This document shows positions 1-12,000 of a DNA stretch of 64,000 nucleotides, piece after piece. The notes below the pieces were generated by a model. That model was not told the origin of the DNA. It saw nothing but the letters and a program-made list of their open reading frames with translations, and did not search any database. Origin of the DNA: Lingula anatina (Eukaryota > Animalia > Brachiopoda). Position numbers and translations under genes: made by a program. Position 1 is the stretch's first letter. Each line of letters opens with the position of its first letter. Location of the stretch: positions 12,954,587 through 13,018,586 of the forward strand of contig CM120648.1 in the NCBI GenBank assembly GCA_051362555.1, read 5' to 3'.

Positions 1-46
1 TATAGCATACACCAGTATATCATGAACTCTTTCAAATCCCAATTAC

Positions 47-3000
47 CTTCCATTTCCAAAGTTTCATTGGTCAGTCGGGCCAGAACTTCCTGTCCATTTT
101 GTCCGCCATTCATTTTTTTCTTTTTTTTTGGTCGCTTTTTATCCCTTCGTTTCTTGACACAGTAAGCAATAATGGCTAGTGGACTTATAACACCCATGGG
201 AACCGTCACACAGAGTATAACCGTTAGCATTTTAGGCCCTTCAGACTTCTGCTGCTGTGAAGGACCCGTCTGGTTGCAGTCCTTGGCCCAATCTGAAATA
301 AGAAATTGCGCAAAGTCATGCTGAATGTCGAGTGCTTAGAAATTTTAATTAAAAAGAATGAATTCCAAATTACGTCTTAAGCTTTTTTAAAATTTATTCT
401 TTTTTAATTAACAATTGAACTCATGATTATTTGAACTCAAATATTTCAATGTGTGATTGACACCCTAAACATAAAATAGGGGAGACCGGGGCTAGTTGGA
501 CCCCGGGGTAAGTTGCCCCCTCCCCCGTCAAGTCTCTTTAGTAAGAAAGCGTCGGCAGTGAGTACTTTAAAATGCTAACTTATTTCATACGGACTCACTG
601 CCGACGCTTTCTTAGCACTATTGGATTCGGTCACTTTACAAAATGATGTGATCAATTCTTTTACCCATAGTTGCTTTGTCATAAATTGATGGGGGGGGGG
701 GGGGGGGGCAACTTACCCCGGGGTCCAATTAGCCCCGGTCTCCCCTAGTAATGGCACAAAAATTAGTTTAAATTTTGGCTTCTGGTTTGAAAAACATTTC
801 AACTCCGTGTGCTTAAAACCACTGAAGAAATTCACTACTATAAATGAATTTTTCATTTTAATTATACAGAGAGCACATATGCTGAGTTAATGACCAAATA
901 TAAGTAAAATTTAAATGACTGACTAACGTAAATTTTTTACATATAATTATCAAATTATTAAATGCCTAGTCTTTGTTCAGTTACAAAAATAAAAATGTAC
1001 CTGTGTTTCCCTTCGAATTATGTCCTTCTCATTTAGTTTTTTTTTTGTTGGGTTTTTAATAACTTATTTGATATTTTACCTGAGAAGTTGGCTGTGCTGC
1101 AGATGTTGTTGGTGGTGTCATTTCCCTTGATTTCCAAGCATTTTCCCTCTTTCCGACAACTGAAACATGAGACGATTGGGTATATTATGTTTGGTAAAAT
1201 ATGCGTACATTGTATTCAATGCAGGTCCAGGATTATTTGAAGGAGGGATAATTTTTTTAACGAATGACAGGCTTCGGATTCGAAGCCGACCCCCGGCCTC
1301 CTTGTGGTGGGGTTCGGAGCCCGCTGAAGGGCCAAAAATATATTTGTGTTTTAGTGGGTAAACGGTGCCCTTTGTAACGGTTAAGAACTGTAAATCAGCA
1401 AGCTAAAATGCTAATTTCAAGAGAGTAATATTAGTGTGATTTTTTTTTTCAGAAACCAAAGGGAGGGGGGGTGAGAGCCCCCCCCCCCCCCCCCGACCCC
1501 CTCTAAATCTGCCACTGGTATTGGTTGTCCTTGTTTTTTTCTTTTGAATACAACAAATATCGACGTTATCACCCAAGTACTAAATTGCTTTTATAACCAG
1601 TACACCAAAAACTTGGTGTACTGCAATTCACCATAATCTCAAGGCAATTTAAATCAACAGTGACAGTATTGCCCTGAAACACTAGCTACGACATACAGTG
1701 TGCATGAAAAACCAACAAAAGGAAAAAAATCATTGTCTATTAGACCAAAGATATCAAATGGGGTGGGGTGGTTGTCTGAGCTGCACTAACAGACACATGC
1801 ACACCGCCCCCCACGCACACGTATCCACCTAATAAGATACATAACCGTACAGTTTCTACCAGCTACCTACTTCGTGTGTTGCTTGCAGCTGTCACCGTCC
1901 TTGAAATAACCTTCTGAACACACGAGGAAACAACCTAACAAATACAAAATATTAATAGTTATTAAAAAAAATTCATCCCGTAACTTACTGTTTCATTCTG
2001 ATATTTTTTTTACAAATTCTTCGAAACAAAGCATAGAGAAGTTCGACACACCTGCTTACTTGCAACGTGTATGACGAAAAGTCTTGAAATTCGATAAAAA
2101 CGCGATGATTTGTTCAGTATCTTTGAAGGCCGGGTACCGGAACAACAAAAACGACCGCAGCGAGATCAGAGAATCGGTCGGGTTTAGGAACCTCACTACT
2201 GTTTCCACTTTAGATAAATTGAAATGTCACAACGTTTTCTCAAAAATTTGGCTTGCAAATATTGTAATACCACCGATTAAAATATATTTTTCTAAAAACT
2301 AAGCTACATCAATCAACATGATGCTTGCATGCAATTTACATGTTTTGCCTAAGAAGAAAAACCAGTGATTTACCCAAGTGTAACGTTTATGCTCGGACCT
2401 TAGATTTTATATCAAAACAACAACTACGAAAATCGTCACTATTTTAAAAAATGGGGGAAATTTTGAACACTTTTTTGTGTACCTTTTTTACACTTGGGCA
2501 AGCGCAAAAGATGCAATCGTCAGAAAAAATGGATAACTTAATTTGACAATAAAAATAAAAATAAATTTTTAATTTTGCAAGCCAGGCAAAGATGCGGCTG
2601 TTTCACAATCGGGTGTTCCAAACTGGGCTCACACTGAGAGAAATATAAACTCTGAGAGAAATATAAACTCTGCACTCGTTTTATTTCGTAACCGATAAGC
2701 AGATTAACATCTTTTAAGGCTTTGTTAAAACTATGACACCGAAACTTTTACCAGGGTAGAGCATAATATTAATTACTTTTTGGCGGTAATGGCACTACAC
2801 ATTCAAGTAACTGATGCTTTTATAACTGAAATAACATATTGTATACCAGTTATTTGTGCCAACATCAAATGAAAAATATCAAAACAAATATATAATAGTA
2901 ATACTTAACCAAAAGGATATAAGTACATTTATTAATGAAAAAAAAAGTGTTTTAAAGAAACACCACACTCAAGACAAACAGTTAAGTGTGTTCATTCAGA

Positions 3001-6000
3001 CAGTAAAAAAGAAAAATTTTCACGCACATGCACACACACACACAACTTTTGATACTTGATCATTTTTTCTTCAGATCTCCTTTCTCTTTTCCTTGTTAGC
3101 CTTTATTTATTGCCATCCATATTTGATACTTCATTCACTGATAGTATAATAAATGTATACAATGTATACCCTCTACCAGGACCGCAGTTATTATTGTGGA
3201 CATTTTTGGCTGAGGCATCAGACCAAAATGACTGTCCATTTATCTGTAGACATATCTGTGAATATCTGTGGAAAATCAATCCGTTGTCCTGGTAGAGGGT
3301 AATAAATAAACATGTGTTAATTATGCATGTATTGCAGTGTCCGTGCCCCCTCAAAATATAACTTTTACATTAATCCATAGAATATTAATCCATATACAGC
3401 TTATTATTTTGAAATCAGTATTATATAGCACAAAATTCTTGCATATCTTTTCATAATAATATATACTATTTTCTTCCTGCAAAATAAATGCTAGTATGGA
3501 CATACATAAATAATAAAATCAGACAGAATATGCTGTGATTCCTAAATAAACAGATGGGGGGGGGGGGGGGGAAGTATGGACACTACCAAAATACATAAAC
3601 ACAACTCCTTTATTATATTTTAGTCACAACATGGTAATTAATCTTATTAGCACGTGGGTGATTTCAAAGTAATATTTGGCCTGATTGAATGTTTCTTATT
3701 GCATTGACAAAATTAAATAAAAATGTATCAAAGTATGTATCATCAAAATGGTAAAATGTTTTTTTCTCAGAATATATCTTAGGAAGGTCCTGCAAAAAGA
3801 GAAGACATGTTATGGGATTTATAGACCAATATCATATTCACCACATGTAATTGACATCATATTTATGGCAATAATTGCATATGACCCATTGTAACAGCTA
3901 AAGATACATACTCGTCAAACACATAATTGCCAATATTTTTGTAAACTGTAGCCAGATTTTCATAATTCTTTTTTTCTTTTTTTTTTTTGTTTTTGTTTTT
4001 TTTTTTTTGTTTGTTTTTTTTTTTTTTGCTCCTATGAGCAGAGTCTTTGATATCAGTCTATCGCCAATCCCCAATCATAAATTGCTAATTTATCAGACAC
4101 TTGTGACATTAACCACATTTAATGTTTATCTTGATTTTGAATCAGCCGATGACATATCATGGCTGAATGATGAGAAATATATGGCGGCAGCAAGCAAGTT
4201 ATTTGTATGCAGCACTCATTTGATGGAAGGAATATAAACTTAAAGCAAATACTAAAAAATATGTAAAGACGGTACTGTAACAAAAATATGAATCAACTTC
4301 ATTCTGTTCAATATCAACTGTTCAATGTAACAGCGATAATATAAACTGATGCGATAACAAACTGTGTAGGTGGCACAAAAAAGGAAAGAAAAGAAACGTC
4401 AGAGAAGTCCCGCTCCGTGCAATGGGGTCCTGACCACCCCTCTATATAAAGCGGGTTCAGTATTATCAGCAAAATAAACCTGGTGTCCTAACGAGACAAG
4501 TTTTGTCTGCCTCAGCCTGGCTGCAGACACGGTAACAATGAAATACCTTAATCATGGGAAATAATCAATGGAAAATCGTAAAAAGTCTGTGTATTTTTGG
4601 GTGGTAGTATATGAAGTCTATTTTGTTTTTGAATCGTCTAGTACAGTTAAAGAATCAATAATCGTATTTTTATCCACATTAAGACAACAAAAATACATAT
4701 CTAAACACACACACACACACACACAAGGCATTCGCTATACATTAAGTAAACATGAAAATATATATAGATAGCTAGACTACGTACAATACAATATAATACA
4801 AGTGATGCTGCACATTACACGACACAAACATTTTACAAAGAAGAGAGTAGCAAAGAATTACCATGACAATGTAAAGTAACTTTGTAAATGAAGAAATGTA
4901 AATGGATCTACTTTTTTAACCTGTATGGCTATCGTCGCTGTTTAGGCTGCTTACAAATTTGCAGTCAAGCGTGATACAGGTCTAACACGTTACGGTCATA
5001 ATTTGATTAACGTTATAAAAACAAAGAAAAAGAAAAACGCACGCCCCAAAGTGACGAAACTAGCTCCATACCCATGGCCTACAGCGCAAAATGGTTCTGT
5101 AACAAAAATATTAATCAGCTTCATTCTGTCAATATCAACCTACTTTTTGTAACAGTGATAATATAAACTGATGCAATAACAAATTATGTACAGAGCCCAA
5201 AACCAGGAAAAGAAAATCGCCAAGGAAAATCCGCTCCCTGCAATGGCGTCCTGCTCACTCCTCTAAAGCGGGTTCAATATTATCAGCAAAATAAATCAAG
5301 AGTCAGCCATGGATCACCAAAAAAATCAATGTTACGTCATAAAAAGTTTGTGCATTATTGGACGGTAGAGTGCAGTTTACCAACGCAAGTTCTCACGTCT
5401 ATGAATCGTCTGCAACATTTGGGCGTGACCCGGGAGCAGAACAGTTTAACGCGGTCTGTCCTATTTAGGGAGAGGCGGGTGAAATCAAAAAGTGCCATGG
5501 TATCTGTAAAGTTCTACAGAGATGTGGGTCAATTTTACTTCTGTATCTAAAATTTTGCAATATACTCTGCCTCATAGTGACTCTATGCAACCAATATATT
5601 TTGCAGGCATCTTGATTCATCACTCACTTCTGCCTCCTCCTAAAACGGTCCAAACTAAAAAAATCGATAATCGTATGGGAATTTATATTGGCAATTGACC
5701 TACTTTTTTACATGTGTAGTTTTCTTCGCTATTCAGCCTGTTTACAAATTTCAGGGGAAAAAAGACTTGAAAAGGAAAATTAATAACTGAATTGATTTGT
5801 TGATCAGAATACCATATAAATGAATAAAAACCAACAAGAGAGAGATCTATCTTATTTTATCACTTGATCGAAAATATTTATACTAACAAACACCCTCACC
5901 TGTGCTATTTTCCTTGGTCGTTTGACCAAGGGGACAAGAAAGTCGTGGCGTGGTAGGCCGCTCGTCAGGCATGCATATATGGAGTGTCTCGTGCAATGTG

Positions 6001-9000
6001 CAGCCTTGAAGACACGAGCAGTTTGCATCCCTGGTCAAACTCCCGGGGTAATTGATGGTCGTACATTTTTGTAGGTCTGGATTCTGATCTAGACAATGTT
6101 TTCTGCAAATAAAAAAATATAACGCCGAAAAGAAATTTTTATATGAAATTTACATTTATATTCAGAAAAATATACAGGCCTATCCTAAGTAATTTCCATG
6201 TCTCACCCAAAACTGTCGAGGAAATCGGGAACTATAAAACTGTTTTCGAGCTTTGAATGTAAAGATCTTACTTTATACAGTCTACACCTCCTTTGAGAGA
6301 CATACTGGTAGAGCTTTTAAACCCATTTTGTCTGCGGTTTTGGATATGGTATACAGCCTGTACATTGAACGGGACACATATCAAAATTTATTTCTGGAAG
6401 TAATATTTGGCTGTACGAAAGACTAACGTAGCGTGTGGTTTTATGGGGGTCAACTAGCTTTAATATTTTTCAAGGTTTGTCCCTTTTAACATTGCACTTT
6501 TGTAAGGATTAATGTAAGAATCAAAAGTTTTGAGCGACTTTAAGAAAGGGAAAGGCTTACACTTAAAATTATACCCAAACATATTTTATCCCCTCCTCCC
6601 CCGGCAGCCTACGGCAAGGACACATACATGTATGCACGTACGTACGGTACATAGTCGAAAAAATAAAATGTGAACTCATCACAAAATGAATATACCATTC
6701 AGAATTTAGTGACTTACTTTAATTTGCATTTATCACCCAGGAGATTCACGCTATTGTCTTGATAGGAGCCTTCCTCACAAGGGACACAGCGCGAGGAATC
6801 TCGATCATTAGGGTTGCAGATCTTAGCAAACTCCCCTGGAATTTTGAATCAAGTTGACTGGTAATAAAGAAATGCAATGTCATACACGTATAAAATGACC
6901 GAGTTCAAGTCCTTAAACGAGACAGTAGAGTCATCACGTACTGATAAAGAAAATTTATGCGAGAAAAGGAAAATTCATTGACATCATTAATATTCTAAAT
7001 CCTTCGCCTTTCATTGTGTTACCAGCACATTCCATTGCATTGAGTTTTTCACTCTCTGTTCTTAAAATATATTGTGTTAATCACTTTTCTTCACTTGCAG
7101 AGAATATGATACCGTAAAGACTAAGGGCGCATTCAGAACAAGTTGATCCACGGACTAACAGATAAGTGAGGTCGGTCATATTTAGTCTGCGGATCATTTG
7201 TTCTGAATGCGTCTTTAATGTAGTACATGACGAGCGCCATGTGAAACCTATCTGTGAACAATTCAGAACCAATAAGATAATAAACATGTATGCAAGTAGG
7301 TTATAAAATAGTACGGTTGTACTAGTCTAGTGAGATTTTTGAAACAAGGCAGCAAAGCTGTCAAATGTACAGACAAAAAACAGAAAATAAAGATGCAAAA
7401 AAGGTCATTTTGTTAATTTTGATGCAATAATAAATAATGCTTATAATAGCACTATCAGTCAACACTGAATTTTATAATCATGCACAACAAGTAAAATGGT
7501 CAATAACATGAGCGGACCCAGAGATATTCTCTGACAGTATTCCAAAGTATCTATTTTGATCCATCCTCCATTTTGATGGTCTTCCAACAGAAGAAAAAAT
7601 AGATACCAGGCAATATAAACTTAATAACCTGACTGTCTTCCGGAAGTCCCAGAAGATGGTCTCAATCTACCCTTTCAATAAGATTACAGTTTCAGGACCA
7701 TGAGAGTTCAAATTCACATGATGTAAGTCTCAATATTTGAAAAATGATGACAGTGCATAAAATAATATTACATAAGTAACATAATGTTTAAAGACATAAA
7801 AAACAATACAACTGCTTACGTGGAAATACAGAAATGTCAGAGTCTCAGGCGGATGAGAGTTAAAAGTCACAAATGCAAGTGTTTGAGAAAAAATTATAAA
7901 GGAAAACATAACAAAACTAGAAAAGCACTCCGAGAGTGTAGACCTCTGCCAAGGTAGCAATTGTTGATTATTATTGATTTTTGTCCTCTTTGGCCCACTT
8001 CTGACAGTTCCTGAAAATTTCAGCAAAATCGGTCCATAACTTTTTGAGTTATGTTGATGACAAACAGGGGTGAAAATATAACCTCCTTGGCAGAGGTAAA
8101 TATAATTCCAATGAAGCTGCTATTCAAACTTTTAATCTTTCAGTTTGATATATTTTTAGACTTATCATGTTATCGGTGTTATAAAAGTGCTGAAAAAATT
8201 GAAAAAAAAACAAAAAACAGGATAACTTCCATAAAAATTGCCCGATCTTGCTGATTTTCAAACTTGACCTGCGTATTATGAATATTCATTAGTTCTGTAA
8301 GTTTCAAGCCAAATGAAAAAACAGTTTTCCACTTATTGTGTTATCAGTGCTGCATATATGCTGAAAAAAAGTGAAAAAACAGCATAAATTCCCTAACAAT
8401 AATCGAATCATGCTGATTTTCGAACTTGACTTGTGTATTATGAATATTTATCAGTTCTGCAAGTTTCAAGCCAAAAGGTAAAATGGTTTTTCACTTATCG
8501 TGTTATCGGGTTGCATATATGCTGAAAAAAGTGAAAAAACAGCATAAATTCCCTAAAAATGACCCGATCATGCTGATTTTCGAACTTGACCTGCGTATTA
8601 TGAATATTCATCAGTTCTGTAACTTTCAAGCCAAAAGGTAAAATGGTTTTTCACTTATCGTGTTATCGGTGCTGCATATATGCTGAAAAAAGTGAAAAAA
8701 CAGCATAAATTCCCTAAAAGTGACCCGATCATGCTGATTTTCGAACTTGACCTGCGTATTATGAATATTCATCAGTTTTGTAAGTTTCAAGTCAAAAGGT
8801 AAAATGGTTTTCCACTTATCGTGTTATCAGTGCTGCATATATGCTGAAAAAAGTGAAAAAACAGCATAAATTCCCTAAAAGTGACCCGATCATGCTGATT
8901 TTCGAACTTGACCTGCGTATTATGAATATTCATCAGTTCTGTAAGTTTCATACCAAAAGAAAAAACAGTTTTCCATTTATCGTGTTATTGGTAAAAGTGC

Positions 9001-9007
9001 ACGGCGA

Positions 9008-9040
<33 letters not shown>

Positions 9041-12000
9041 CAGACGCAGATGACGGCTATATGTACAGACACATCTGTGTCTGTACATAAAAAGGCTCTG
9101 CATAAGAAGCAAGGGGCATTTTGGGGTAAAAGTTGGGAACCAGGCTTATTAGCATAATTTTGGGATGCTGAATCTGATTAACCCGGTTCCCAAGCAAAAT
9201 TTTGCGTTTTTAATGGTCTAATTTGCAAAAAAAAAAAAACAAAATGGCCGCCAGATTTCCAATTTTCTGCAATATCTCTGGAACTAGACAGGCGAATATG
9301 ACAAATGAAGTGTCTTTACCTATATTTTCAGGGTCGAGGAACATTATTAAGATGTTTCTGTTAGAATTAGATTTTTGCAATTTTCCTAAATATGCAAATT
9401 AGGATCACCATTACTGAAAAACCGTTTTACTTCTGTATCTATGTAACTAGGCAAGCAAACATGACAAATGAAGTGTCTACACCTATGTTCTCAGGGTCAG
9501 GGAATGTGATGAATCAGATGTTTTGTCTGATGGGTAGCACTGACTCTGTGAATCGTGTCCGAGTAGCACCTTTTATTGTTTCTTCCCTGTATCTGTCAAA
9601 CACATGTCAGTCTGCTGATAGTTAGAACCTGCCTTCAGAACTGCTTTTACGTTAATTAGGCAAGTAAACATGACATATGAAGTACCCACACCCATGTTTT
9701 CAGCATTAGGGAAAGTGAAGACATTTTCACTATAACCAAATCAGCAATAAGTGCTACACTGTCACACTGTAGCAATTATTCGAATCTGAATTGAATTTTG
9801 CAATTAAATACTGCCCTGCCATTGGGATGTAAACATATTGGATCACACAACTGCCCATTTAACCTAGATTTAAAAAAAGATTACCTTATTAATGCAATGG
9901 AAGGATTTGCTGAATCAAGTTATTCGTGTGATGCAATGTACAGACTTGATATTTAAAATGGATTTTTTTCAAACATATTTTCTTTGATTTTTTCCCACTA
10001 TTAGTAATGGATGAAAAAAACACTTGTTATCATGTTCGATATCACTCGGCAAGGGATCCATCCAGAGAGGTTTCTGAGAGTTTGATCCAGTATTGTGTTC
10101 CACGCATTAGTCAGAGCTTGCCTAAGCTTGTGCCGATTTGAAGGTTGGACGGGTAAGTTCTTGATTCTGCTAGCGATTTATGCCCACAGGTTTTCTATAG
10201 AATTCATTTCAGGGGAATTTCGTCATCCAAGACAACTTTTTTTACCTCTTGGTTTTGCAGAAAAGGAGTTATTGCATGGGCACGGTGTGGTCGGACATTG
10301 TCATCTTGCAGGATGAAGTTGTCCTGGAAGTACCTTCTTGCAAATTGCAAGCAAGTATTCTCTTAAATGTCCCTGTATTTTATCTGGTTGAGGTTTCCAT
10401 CAATTGCCACCAATAGTGTTTTGGCTCCAGCGTGGAAACCGGCCCATACACAGATACTGCCCTGGCTACAAGTCACTGTAGGGTGACACAGTAACTCGTC
10501 TGGAAGACTACTGACTCTGATTCAGCCATCGCGGTGGTGGAACTCAAACCCTGCCTTATCTGTAAAAATCTACATGAACCCAGTGCTGTGGCTGGAACCG
10601 CAAATGGCGTCTAGCCCACCATGTTGCTCTGTTCATAGAGGTAACCAGCTAAAAGTAGCCTTGCATTCACTAGAGTTCTAGGAACATGCTTTTAAATGGT
10701 AATTTGCCACTCATTTTGTAGAGCAAGAGTTGTCTTTGTCCGGTAGTTGCGACATAACTGCAGAAGCAAGCGGTCTTCCCTTCTGGTGGTGACTTTAGGA
10801 CGTCCTGGCCGTGGTCTCTAGGTTAATGTACCAGTCTGGGCGTGTTTCTTTAACATGTTAGAAACTGCTGTCTGGCAATAGCAGTTTGCTTCTGTCTATT
10901 CTGGCATAATGCAACAATAGTGTGGCAAGTGGCTGCCGTTTGTTCACATACCAGAAGGTCAGCTAAGAGTCTGCAAAATATCAACTCTTCTGACTGGACG
11001 TTGCCGAAATATGGAGACTTATTCTACAGAACTGCTGCCCTTTTATACGCATTCTGTAACCAGCCAAAAAGGACTGCTCAGAGAAACTGACACATATTAC
11101 GTAATATAATTGCGCTTCAGAGAAAGCAGCCTAATGAACAATAACCAACACACCTGGATACACATATACCTGATCACAATTGTGGTATGTGATCAACTTT
11201 TCTAAAAAATTAATTTATTATCAACACTTTTGAACTAAAATATTCCATATTAAATGTCAATATGTATTGTGTATACTTCAAGTACACCATGACATCTCAC
11301 CTCATTCATTTCAGCGATTTTTCCATTAGTTTATTACTTGTTACCCATTGGTATCGTTTCATTTTAATTAACAAAATTTCTTGAATTTAAGCTTTAATCT
11401 TCTGATATTCTATTGAATCCAATTAAATGACTGACGATACTGAAAACATTTCTGTGTTAACAGCAAGTTTGAATTCTGAGCAGTTTCTCAAGCTTCTAAA
11501 CGATTTCATTGAGACCCAATCTGTATTAACAGAAGGTAAACAGAAGACGTAGTCTGCCCTGATGAAATTAAACTGAATGACTCCTAACCAAGTGGCAGAT
11601 TTAGAGGGGGGGGGGTCAAGGGGGCCCTGCCCCCCCCCCCTTCGAATTCTGGTCCCCCTCTTGAAATTATAATTTTGACTAGCTGAATCATAGTTGTAAA
11701 CCTTACCAAATGGCACCGTTCGCCCTCTTAAATACCAAAATTTTTCGGGCACTTCAACAGGGGGGGAGGGGGTTGGCTTTGCATCCGCGGACTCCCCCTT
11801 CAAATAATCCTAGATCTGCCTCTGCTCACCTTGCCTTATAATTGATAGGCAAGCACTGGCAATTTCACTGGGAAAGCCTGACAATGCACTGACCTTTGGT
11901 AGTTTGGCTGACACGTACGTAAGAGCAGTTCTGAAGGCAGATTCTAACAATTGGCAGATTGACTTGTGTTTGACAGATACAGGGAAGAAACAATAAAAGG

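Larger units (their letters stand above)
7343..9090 (-). mobile_element. Helentron-associated non-autonomous element (HINE/DINE-1-like) with 161-bp tandem array
   Basis: Terminal hairpin atgtacagacaca-tc-tgtgtctgtacat (9061-9088), (GGCGAC)n microsatellite, subTIR atgtacagac and small hairpin cagc-aaa-gctg near 7350. Inserted in a T/A run with no TSD; the empty site is visible in the opposite arm at 12471-12484. Confidence 0.75.
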
